The notes beneath the pieces were generated by a model. The model was not told where the DNA came from and ran no database searches. It saw only the letters and a list, made by a program, of their open reading frames with translations. A DNA stretch of 61,213 nucleotides, counting the filler, from Porpidia crustulata (lineage: Eukaryota), in NCBI GenBank assembly GCA_964255105.1. It is 6 parts of 6 records of this genome, joined end to end, with 100 filler letters (N's around TTAATTAATTAA, not from the genome) between each part and the next. Parts side by side here need not be neighbours in the genome. Positions count along the whole stretch, not along the records: positions 51,109 to 61,213 come from CAXUWE010000829.1; 5 more parts are not named here. One strand, written 5' to 3'. The position numbers and the translations under genes were made by a program. Below are positions 51,009 to 61,213 of this stretch, piece after piece. The stretch's first letter is position 1, and every line of letters starts with the position of its first letter.

Positions 51009-51108
51009 NNNNNNNNNNNNNNNNNNNNNNNNNNNNNNNNNNNNNNNNNNNNTTAATTAATTAANNNNNNNNNNNNNNNNNNNNNNNNNNNNNNNNNNNN
51101 NNNNNNNN
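51009..51108. other. Artificial contig linker
   Basis: N44-TTAATTAATTAA-N44. Confidence 0.99.
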
Positions 51109-51906
51109 ATGTTGTGATTGTTTCTAAACTCAAAGAAAATCTGCGTAGAAACATATCTTTAGTAATAAGCAATCATACACGTTCACTCAATCGTTTCTGT
51201 ATGATCAAGATTGTTGATTGCTCCATCTTGTAGCCTTAGCAGTCATAAGCGCCAGCGTATTGAGAAATAGTAGAAAACATTATTGGAATGTGGAAGATAG
51301 CGATCTGGTGAATCGTGGAGGGGATTGTTCATGAGTTCGTAAGTCGTTGAGGTTGTCATAATAGAGTAAGGATCATTTGAGCTGTTGGTTGGATTATGGC
51401 AAGTAAAGAATCGACCTGTGCGAGGAAAAGTGGTGGCGTTGATATCTTTAGATATAAAAATTTGCCAAAGGTACTGCACAATGGTGCACGGATGAATAAG
51501 GTCGTCCGTTGTGGAGAGAATATCGGAGCATTGAAAGGAATGCCGTTAAATCCAAGTTTGATGTAATTAGATAAAGTCTCCAAAACAGCTCCTCGCATCG
51601 CCAGTACCTTACTTTAACGTTTAGGAGCCACCACGGAGAACTTCAGATTCCGCTTTGTCCTGAAATGGATCGAGTATTGAAGTATACATCTGATCGTCAA
51701 AAGCCAGATCCGTCAGGCTGGCTCCAAACTCCGGTATGGGTTCGTTCGGTACAAGAAGACCGCTGTCTGAATCTAAGTGCATTGGAATGTTTTTACCAGA
51801 GTACGCGGTCTTGGGCGGAAGGGTCATTCTGGAACTGGGTCGGTTGCGTTGGTATGGCGGAGGAGTTCGGGAGGGGAGAGTGTTTTCGTGGTTACGCTGG
51901 CTGATG

Positions 51907-53959
51907 TTAGCTTAGGTACGAGATAATATTGGAAGGTTTATGAACCTTGTCTTGCATCTTCTGGTTCCGTTTCTGGATTCTATGGTCTAGCCTTTGGCGT
52001 TCGAGTTCTTCAATCTCGGTGTCTGCGTCTTTCCTTGTCTTCCAGGGTTCAGCAGCCTTTTCATTTTCCCTCATGTCGCGATTGCGTTGGATGAAAGGAA
52101 AGTCTTCTGCTGAAGAGCGATAGAGAGTCTCGATCGTTCCCTGTAATACATCCATATTCCTGGCTCCTTCCTTCCGAAAACAGAGACGAGCAAACACATT
52201 CCTGAGTGGTGTACATAATCTTCGCCGTGGCTTCAAGGAGATTGGAGGATCTATATCAGGATCGTGAAGAGGCGATGCGTTCATGACTGAATGCTTCGCG
52301 TCTCGTATATCTCTGGATTGCTCAAAGAGCATGTCTTGCACGTTTCGCGGTATCCAAGTCTTTATGATGATATGGTCCGGATGCTTTCGATCCCATTCCC
52401 AAATGAAGCCACGATCGTTCAAAACTCTTGTGCTCATGTGTTTACGGTGAACCCTGGTCCAAGGGTAGCGATTGAATGTATCTTTATGGTCTGGGGTATC
52501 AGACCACCGTTTGGTCTTAATGACCATCTTTACTCGTCGACCCGACAAGTCACCAAGAACCCGCTCGAGTTCATCCTCTGCTTTGATTAGCTCGACAGCG
52601 ACCGCCAACAGAATGATATGCTCTTGATGAGGGATATGAGATTTAGTAGGTAGCTGTGGCTCTTCAGCGATGAAATCTTCGATTGCGCAACGCTCTCTCC
52701 AAGCCAGACTGTCTAGTTGCTCGCAGACATTCTTCGAATCAGCTTTCTGAAGTCGCTGGAGCTCCTTCTTGACCTCGGATTCTTGAAGCGGCATCACACT
52801 TACTCTCCAAGTAACGTTATATCCCCGAGTAGTCCACTGAATCGTTGGCATAACGGTGCAGGCCTCAAGCACGAAGTCTTCACCCGAGTTTTTTAATCCA
52901 CTCAGTCTAAGTCCCTGACTAGATTCGTGGGAGATGGTTTTCGTAGCTTGCTTAGGCATGATATCGTGGTCATCGGTAGCGTTTGAATGTAACGCACGGG
53001 GAGTGTCTCCAGAAATCATTGAATAACCGTTGCCTTTAGGTGGATGAGTATCTGAGCCTGTTGCACGGTGTGGCCCATGTTGGATAATAGTGGTGGGGAA
53101 TTTTCGAGGTAAAACCTTCTTCAACACAAATGGGTTTGCCGTAGGCTCGTCAGTTTTCCATTCCAATGTATCAACACCAACTTCACGTGCTGGTAATTGG
53201 CTGCTATGGACATACCGAATCCCGAAGCCCGAAGGCGGAGATTTTCGTTCAGACATTCATTGATTTTGGCATCGTCCCTGAACCGCACACCTTCTTCCAC
53301 TCCGCTGCTGATACGTTAGCGAATGCTATGAAGACCATTGTAAATTCAAATACACACATCTTGTCAAGGGTCTTCGAATACTGTAGACCGGATTCTTTCA
53401 CGATGCGCTCAAATGTCTGCCTCGCTTCACTGAGAGAGTCTTGTAGCCTATCCGGACGTATCAAATGATCTTCAGAATCCTCACGTACGACGAAGGAACC
53501 AAGACAGTCTGTCCGGTCGACGGTTACACTTCGTTCTCTTGACAAGCTGTTCGCCCCTCTGAAGCATACTTCTATAATGTCCAAGGCGTTTTCATATGAC
53601 CTAGCCGCATTGTGTACCGCGAAGATTCTTTCTGGTGTGATCAATCTAATGGACTCAGCGCCTTCATGGTTCCATGACATCTCGTTGATGAGCCTTTGCA
53701 ACAAAGCCGATGTGGAAGCGACATCGGCACAGAGTTGGTCGGGTTTTATATGCCCGATTACGAGTTTAACGACGAGAGATGAGAGCTCAGTGGAGAGCAT
53801 GAGACCTCGAGTTGCCACACGCTGGAGAAACTCAGTATTCAATGGTGAGTCCATGCTTACGGATTGGATGCAACCAGTCCGACCGTTGAACAGCAAATCA
53901 CGAATTATTTGATAGTCATCAAGCACTGAGTGATAATCTACTTCCTTGTGTAAGCTCAT
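51907..53959 (-). CDS. Hypothetical multi-exon protein with an N-terminal helical domain and a conserved fungal domain (DUF8035-like); exon structure unresolved
   Basis: Two long ORFs with splice signals between them; TRVHRKHMS..WEWD..HIIIKTWIP..QDMLFEQSR motif. Possible degenerate continuation to about 51243. Confidence 0.5.
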
Positions 53960-54703
53960 CGAAAGAACGATTTTTCACAGGAGCAGATTTAAATGACAAA
54001 GACGTCAACTTCTGCCTATAACAGTTTGAAGTCATTGGGGGTGCACGTGACTTTAGGCTGTAGTGCGACTATCCCCTGTGAGTTGCCTCTTAAACAAGAA
54101 ACGTAGCATCTTGCCACTAGAAATAAGAGAGCAACGAGACGTCAGAACTACGTATTGCCTACGGCATCAAACGATGAGAAAGAGCAGGTTCGCGGTAGCG
54201 CTTTTCGATCTAAAAATGTTGCTTTATCGTTGCTATATATTAACAATATCATGATTATTTTATTAACAAGATCGAATCTGACATATCTAGTGAGTGATAT
54301 GCGATGCGACGGCCCTCTTCGGGTTATTATCACTACTTATATATTTCAAGCTTGTTTTCAACTTTGACATATTGTGGGGCTTGTGGCGATCAAACTGCAG
54401 GTATGAAAACCGAAGGATTGGGCTGTTGGAAATGATTTATTGAGGGTCATCTTTGAGGGCTATGTGGGATAGGAGTAGTACTAATGGTCGTTTAGGGATG
54501 TTGCAGAGTCAGTCATTTCTAGTGAAGATACGAGCGGAGAAAATTGAAGTAGTATATTTGTGGAATCCTATCTTGATCAATATAGCACCTCAGCATACTC
54601 ACCTGTCGAGGGATTAGCGCTTGGCATGGGGTAGTAAGCCTTCCATGTGGTGTCCTGTTAACTATAGCTATTCGCACAAAGGTCATTCGCCCACCTAAGC
54701 GGC

Positions 54704-55901
54704 CTAGGTACCGATGCTTGCGCTTTTCTCGGTCGTCTCGTTCAAGCCATGCTTATTTGCGTCCTCAAAGGTGGCCATTCTGAAATCATACAGCAACTCG
54801 AAACTAGCTTTCGGGTCGTCTTTACGGGGAAGGAAATCGACGATAAGGGATGATTTGACAGCGAACACGGTGTCATCTTGGATGTGTTTGTCGCGACGGT
54901 CGAATATTTGGGTTACTATGGGTTTGTAGCTTGGGGCAGAGATCTTGAACGACAATATTGTCATTAAATAGGAATTATCTTGCAGAAAGAAAGATGAAGA
55001 TGAAGGTGGGCTCACAATGAAATGAATGTGGGCAGGGCGTATTGGATGACGGTCCAGTAGCTCTAGTAATTTACCAGCAGGGCCATCGTTTGGAATGGGA
55101 TAGCTTGTTGGTCGGAGGCAGTACAGGGAGTATTTCCCATCCTTCCCGGTGGTGAACTTCCCCCTCAGGTTGTAATCTACCTGTTTGTTGTCCTGCTGCT
55201 CATACAGCCCGTTCGGCGCCGTGTGCCATATGTCCAATTCAGCGCCCTCGATTGGGCTACCAGTCAGGTAATTCGTAACAGTTCCATACATGAGAGTGTG
55301 GTCCCCATCGGGAATGTTGTGGACAATACTGGAGCCCATTTCCCGGTGGGGAGCATTTGCACGCCAGAAGGGGCCTAGAATTGCAGTAGATGTTGGGCCA
55401 GATGTGGCCGCTGAAGCTAGAGAGTAGGTAATCTCATCAACGAGGGATTCAAGACCTATAACGTCCCAAAGAAGCTGGCCTTCGTTACGGACATCAGTAG
55501 ACATGCGCCCTGCTTGATTCATCTATAGCGGTTGGGAAAATAAGCGTCATGCTTCTTCATATGGAGACCCCGTTTGCTTTTGCATGGGGGCGTTTCACCA
55601 TTTCCACTCCAGCCATCCACTCATCAATTGTGACTTCGTTCTCTCTTGCAAAGTCATGTACATGTTGTATCAGGCTCGCCATTACTTTCCGCATGCGGGG
55701 TGATGCCTTCGGGCCAATGGCATCGATTACCGTTCTAGTGAAATCTGGATCGAAGCGGTGGGTTGGTGGACTGGTGATTGAGGGCGCGTTGGTTTCTCCA
55801 TTGGATTGCCCGCTGAGATTCTCGCTGTCGGTTTCATTTGCACGGGCTGTACTAGACTTGATCTCTTCAGGGACTAGCTCCAACGGCTGTACTTCCGGCA
55901 T
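54704..55901 (-). CDS. Intradiol ring-cleavage dioxygenase (catechol/hydroxyquinol 1,2-dioxygenase)
   Basis: LIQHVHDFARENEVTIDEW, DVIGLESLVD, AILGPFW, DIWHTAPNGLYEQQD, PTSYPIPNDGP, RPAHIHF, DDTVFAVK; two introns. Confidence 0.95.
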
Positions 55902-56261
55902 TGCGAGCAATTTGATTGACAATTGGCTTTTGAGAATTGGAAAAACAGGAAATCAAATACCAGTGATCACAGTGAAATCGAAGTCGTGGGGCAAACGAAA
56001 AACGCTCTATACGGAAAGATGGCGAATGCATAATGCGGGGTTGAAAGCAGCCTACGAATGGGTACTCCTTAGCACTCCCCATGACATCCTCTTAGTCTTC
56101 TAATTGCATCGGATCACGTTTCTCTCGGTAGGTATGAGAACATTGACGGCAATCTGTATTCTTAACGAGATGATCAAATCTGCCGGGCTTACGATCAGAT
56201 GAAATTGGGGGATACCAACAAGGCTGTGACGCCAGCGGATATTGCCGCGATTACCCGTATT

Positions 56262-56355
56262 TACCCCTAGTTCGGCCACATCCCTAGTTCGGCCACCCTA
56301 CCAAGGGTTAGGGTTACAGTATCCAAACTAGGTGAGCGTGGCCGAACTAGGGGTA
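56262..56355. mobile_element. Putative 90-bp MITE with 16-bp terminal inverted repeats flanked by TA
   Basis: TA-CCCCTAGTTCGGCCAC...GTGGCCGAACTAGGGG-TA, with an internal direct copy CCCTAGTTCGGCCAC (56282-56296) and AGGGTTAGGGTTA. Confidence 0.6.
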
Positions 56356-56475
56356 TATACGTGTAGCTCGATAAGCGACGTGCGCACCCGCGGAGCTTTC
56401 GAGGTGAACCGACAAGCAGGAGATCTACATGTTTTTATAACTATTCCTCAATCTTTCCTGGGTGATTTCATAGCG

Positions 56476-56968
56476 ATGGCATCGGGATACGGACTTGGAG
56501 GTGGTGCGTATGCTTCCAACCGCATACGAGCAATCGCGAAAGCTTTCTAGCCTTTCAATGGTTCTCGAGGCATTGGCGCAGCTAACTTGCTTGCAGGTCC
56601 CTCTCGCTGCTTTCCATTCTGGCAGGAACTCCTAGCCTGCTACGTCGTCAACACCAACACCGATGATATCTCCGGAGGCAGGAAATGCTTGCCCGTACTG
56701 GAGGACTACTACGAATGCCTACACCATAAGAAAGAGGTATACACGTCCGCCGCTACTAGATTGCTTGATTCGTTGCCTCTAGGATCAACACAGACGGCTA
56801 ATTTTATTTCTGGTGACACAGGCAGCGAGGACCAGGGCACTACAGCACGCATACAGGAAGGCGGAGGCTGCAAATCCGAGGGATAATGCACCGAAAGCGG
56901 GGCAAATAAGGAATCTGGGATTGCTGGATGGAGGTGATGATACGAAGGCAGTTTTAGGGTCAAAATAG
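56476..56968 (+). CDS. NDUFS5: Mitochondrial complex I accessory subunit NDUFS5/NIPM
   Basis: MASGYGLGGG|PSRCFPFWQELLACY...KCLPVLEDYYECLHHKKE|AARTRAL...; twin CX9C pattern; two introns. Confidence 0.93.
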
Positions 56969-58559
56969 GATTCATGCTCTGTCAAGAATATTTTCACAAG
57001 TGCACATCGGAGCTCTCGTGCCTAAATGTCTGCCATTGATATGGATTCTCCCACTCGAGCGACCTTAAAAGACACGCCTCACCTCCTGCCTCATGGTCCA
57101 TCGCTCGCACCGGGTGAGCTCCTGGCTTTCGAAGCCATTGCGTCCGCGTCAATGTTCCGTTGTATTTTTCCTCCTCCTCGCCACCCTTCACAAAATTTGA
57201 GAGGGCAAGGCTTAAGCGTTTCTAACGTAATTACAGAACGCTTGGATTATTGGGCTCAGCTCGGCTCAGATTCACTCCTTATTTCCAGCATTTCGAATTA
57301 TCCCCATGACTTGGTAATAACTTATGTAGTTTCTCTTTGCCGAACGTCGACGCTGCAATGTCCTGCTTGCCCCCACTGCTTGTCTTCACCTTCTCTTACC
57401 TGCTAAGACGATAAAGGTCATCACATACATGTCCCCAAAAAGCAATCTCGCGCGTACCTCGCAAGTTTCAGAAGCTTTGACACATGGAGTAGCGCCGACG
57501 CAGATCAGTCATTTACTTCGCCATGCCTATGCGTATCACTGTGTTCTTCCTCCTTACCACTGCCGAATCCGGGAAAGTTGACGCTGTTCAAAGTACCCTT
57601 AAATCTGTCGCGTGCCAGAGAACCAGACTTATTATACATGCGAGACATCGTCGCGGGGTGAAGATTCAAATCTTGCGCAAGTACTTCTCCTCCAGGCTTG
57701 CGAAACAATCGCGAGTTTTTGGATTCAGAAGGCGACTGGGGAATATAAATGGTGCTTTGCAACCCGCGTGGTTTACAGATGTGCTGCGATGCGGGCAGGT
57801 GTATTTTCAACCGCAGCTTTATGAGTACATTATAGCACGGATTTGTGGAATCGAGCTACTGCTGAGTGACCTGGGTCGAGTTGGCGGATCTAGGCCTGCG
57901 AGTTGCAACATATCGAGCAATCTGCAATGCTATTACTTGTCGTCCCATCGTACCTAGTGTTCACTTTATAATTTTCTTTGCTGAAGACAGCATATCTTCA
58001 CAAATGAAGATACAAATACATCGGCTTTCGCTCAGCACCAGCTAAGGATTCCTATCGCTTCTTGTATCGACAGTTTTTTTGGGCACAGGCGCTGATGTAG
58101 CAAGCACATGTAGTGATGACTGCTTGAGACACTTTTTACGAGCCATTTCTAAGCTGCTGCTAGGACGACTACATTAGAACCCAATTAGAACTAAGGTAGA
58201 AATGTTCCTCTTTGTGTAAAGCTGATGGCCCATTCTCCGATAGCTGCACTGACCGTCTGCTGTAGGAGAACAGCTTTGACCAGTGACTCTCTTTCTCAGG
58301 ATGAATTCTCTCGCATCTCGCATCTCGCATTAAATAGCCGAGACCTGCATAAGCTATGGCACTTTGATCGGGGGTTGCATAACTGTGCATAAATATGCAA
58401 GCATGACCCCGACCTTCCCCACGTTTGTCAGCCTTGAACCGCGGGACAACCTCCGTCAGCTGCCCTTTTATTTCTCATGACATTGACATATGACAGACAT
58501 TCTGTCCGTGTTTCTATCCCATCCACTTCTTCTGTACTGTTGTCAGTGTCGCCGTTATC

Positions 58560-61186
58560 ATGCGATTTTGCTTCATTGCTGCAGCCGCTGGCTCGGTGCT
58601 TTTAAATCTCTCGGTAGAAGCCTCCAGGCTTACGCCTCCGGTTCTGCCTCTGATCGTCCGAAACCCATACTTGAGCGCATGGCTTGGAAATGCGAGAGAG
58701 AACCCATGGAGCAAGTGGCCCATGTTTTGGACTGGGGAAGAGGTATGCGTCATGCTTTAGTGGCGAGTTCGCATCTAATATCATCGCTGCTGTTATACGC
58801 TGCAGTTCGATATCAATAGAATCAGCTAACTCTCATCGCATAGATCGGCTTTGGGGTGCTGGCTTCTGTTCCCGAATCTGGAGTCGTTTATCCCCTCCTG
58901 GGCCGGCCCCATGATTCTCTTCTTCCCGTTCATGAAGATGACGCGTGAGGTGACTGTTGCATGTACTGGTACTATATGGCTAACAGCGTGGCAGCTACAA
59001 TGTCTCATTTCCTACCTTTGTCGGCGCCAAGTATGATGCATCTACAACTAACCTCACATACTTGATCCCGAGTCCTCCTTCCTACAATGATGCCGAACCT
59101 CTCGAAGTGACCATATCCTTTCTATCGCCAATTACGCCGACCTCGACCTTACGCCAAGCTATACCGGCTTCCTACATTACAGTGCTGGTCAAAGGGGGTT
59201 TCAATGTCGACATATACATGGATATCAATGGTCAATGGGCTAGCGGCGATAGAGGAAGTCAGATCATTTGGGAATTGGCTCACGTACAGCTTGGAGATGG
59301 CCACGAGAACTTGAAAACGTGGAAAGTCAAGAGGCGGACGGAATTATTATTGTCAGAAATCCGGGACCAGGCCGAGTGGGGAACTTTACACTTTACTGGT
59401 CCATCAGTAAGCGTAGGATACCCTCATGAGTAAACAATTGTCTAACGAGCTTAGGACGTCCGTCACGAGTCTGGAACGTCAGGTTTACTGCGTCAAAGAT
59501 TCTCTCGAACAGGCACATTACAGAACACGGTCGATGACGATTACCGTGGTATCATGGACGAAGAGCCTGTCTTTGCATTTGCAAAATCTTTCAATCTCAA
59601 CTCCTCATCCTCTTCCGCCGCTCCTGCTAGCGATAGCGTGTTGTTCACCATTGCGCACATCCAAACTCCTGTAGCACAGTTCGCTGCAGCTCGAGGCTTG
59701 ACCTATATGCGGCCATTATGGGCTTCATGGTTTGATGCCGTAGAGAAACTTCTGGTCTTCCATTATATGGACTATTGGAATGCTTTCAACCTCGCTGGGA
59801 ATTATTCTGCACAATTGCACAAGGACGCTTACGAGTCTGGGTCCGATGATTATGTCGACATCGTTGCGTTGACAGCTCGCCAAGTCTTGGGTGCAACAAG
59901 CTTCGCCGGTACACCAGACAACCCAATACTATTTATGAAAGAGATATCATCAAATGGAAATTTCCAGACGATTGACGTGATCTACCCGGCGTTCCCATTT
60001 TTCCTTTACACCAATCCTCGCTGGTTGGCATACCTCCTCGAACCGATCCTCGAGTATACTTTGAGCGGACAGTACCCGAACAAATACGCACTCCATGACC
60101 TAGGTGCTCACTTTCCGAATGCGACTGGTCATCCAGACGGAAGAGACGAGTACATGCCTGTTGAAGAGTGTGGAAATATCCTCATAATGGGTCTTGCGCT
60201 CATCAACAGTCTGAAATACGATACGCACGCCGCTGCCGGATCAGCTTGGTCCAGTCTAGGGAGTGATAGCTTTGATGCAAATCCAGAGACTAGTGCCTTT
60301 TCCTTGAATAACCTCGAGACTAGAGATGAAATATTTGGATTAGACGACAGTTGGGGTGGATCTACCAAGGGCGCGAAGCAGGCGAAAAAATGGGTCGACC
60401 GAAGTTACAGACTGTGGAAACAGTGGACTGGATACTTGGTCGAGTTTTCCCTCGAACCCTTTCATCAGTGTACGTACCTCCCAGTCCTCGAATCCCAGAA
60501 AATAAGCTGACCCTCTCAGTATCAACCGACGACTTCGCCGGCCCACTCGAGCTTCAAACGAACCTAGCCCTCAAAGGCATAATCGGCATCAAAGCCATGA
60601 GCGAAATTGCAAAAATCGTCGACAACCACGATGACATGCAAAACTTCAAAGTAAACCCTTCTTGTCCCCTCACCTCTTACGCCTCCGTCACAACCCACTA
60701 ACCCTCACCCACCCCCAGAACATATCCGAAACCTACATCTCCGCCTGGCAAGACTTTGCCGTCTCCCGCGACGGCACCCACGCCAAACTCGCCTACAACT
60801 GGTACGGCTCCTGGACAACCCTCTACAACCTCTACGCCGACCGCGAGCTCGCCTTCAACCTCGTCCCCCAGCCCATCTACGACATGCAATCCGCTTTTTA
60901 CCCGTCCGTCGCCAACCGCTACGGCGTCCCGCTCGACACCCGCCACACCTACACCAAGGACGACTGGCAGATGTTCGCCGCCGCCATCGCGGGCACGTCG
61001 ACCCGGACCGCCATGATCCGCAGCCTCGCGGCCTGGATCAATGAGACCCCGGCCGGCCGGGCGTTTCCGGATCTTTTTGATACCGTGACGGGCGATACCA
61101 ATAATATGCCGCAGTTTGTGGCGAGGCCGGCGCAGGGAGGTACGTTTGCGCTACTGGCGTTGCCGAAGCAGAGCGGTTGGGTGTGA
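58560..61186 (+). CDS. gtaA: Secreted glutaminase A (GtaA family)
   Basis: Signal peptide, PPVLPLIVRNPYLSAW, FLSPITP, FMKEISSNGNFQTIDVIYP, HDLGAHFPNATGH, MPVEECGN, STDDFAG..QTNLALKGIIGI, LYNLYAD, GVPLDTRHTYTK, ARPAQGG; multiple introns. Confidence 0.95.
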
Positions 61187-61213
61187 TGGGTTTGGGGTTG
61201 TTGTGTGTTAGGT

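Overview
Eukaryotic DNA from a filamentous ascomycete (Pezizomycotina; a lichen-forming Lecanoromycete is plausible but is inference only). The window is not one locus. It is six unrelated ~10.1 kb contigs in descending size order (10154, 10122, 10113, 10112, 10107 and 10105 bp), joined by identical artificial 100-nt linkers (N44-TTAATTAATTAA-N44), so neighbourhoods across linkers mean nothing. It holds intact intron-containing housekeeping genes: cyclophilin B, DED1, IES1, INSIG, a Reb1/TTF1-like Myb protein, allantoinase, VPH2/VMA12, COQ1, AspRS, peroxisomal catalase, guanine deaminase, ARP9, an intradiol dioxygenase, NDUFS5 and glutaminase A. It also holds a large dehydrin-like repeat protein, a cAMP-receptor-like GPCR and several decayed accessory genes. 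The strongest leads are: (1) a terminal intron in cyclophilin B that overlaps its HAEL-stop and could switch the protein between a soluble ER form and a membrane-anchored form; (2) an unusually long guanine deaminase intron with internal splice sites, a stop-containing cassette and an in-frame alternative ATG; (3) a divergent, doubly pseudogenised 2OG-dioxygenase plus P5C-reductase pair resembling a methylproline supply module; (4) a 90-bp TA-flanked MITE-like element; (5) an apparently chimeric glutaminase. All calls are from reading the sequence; no searches were run.
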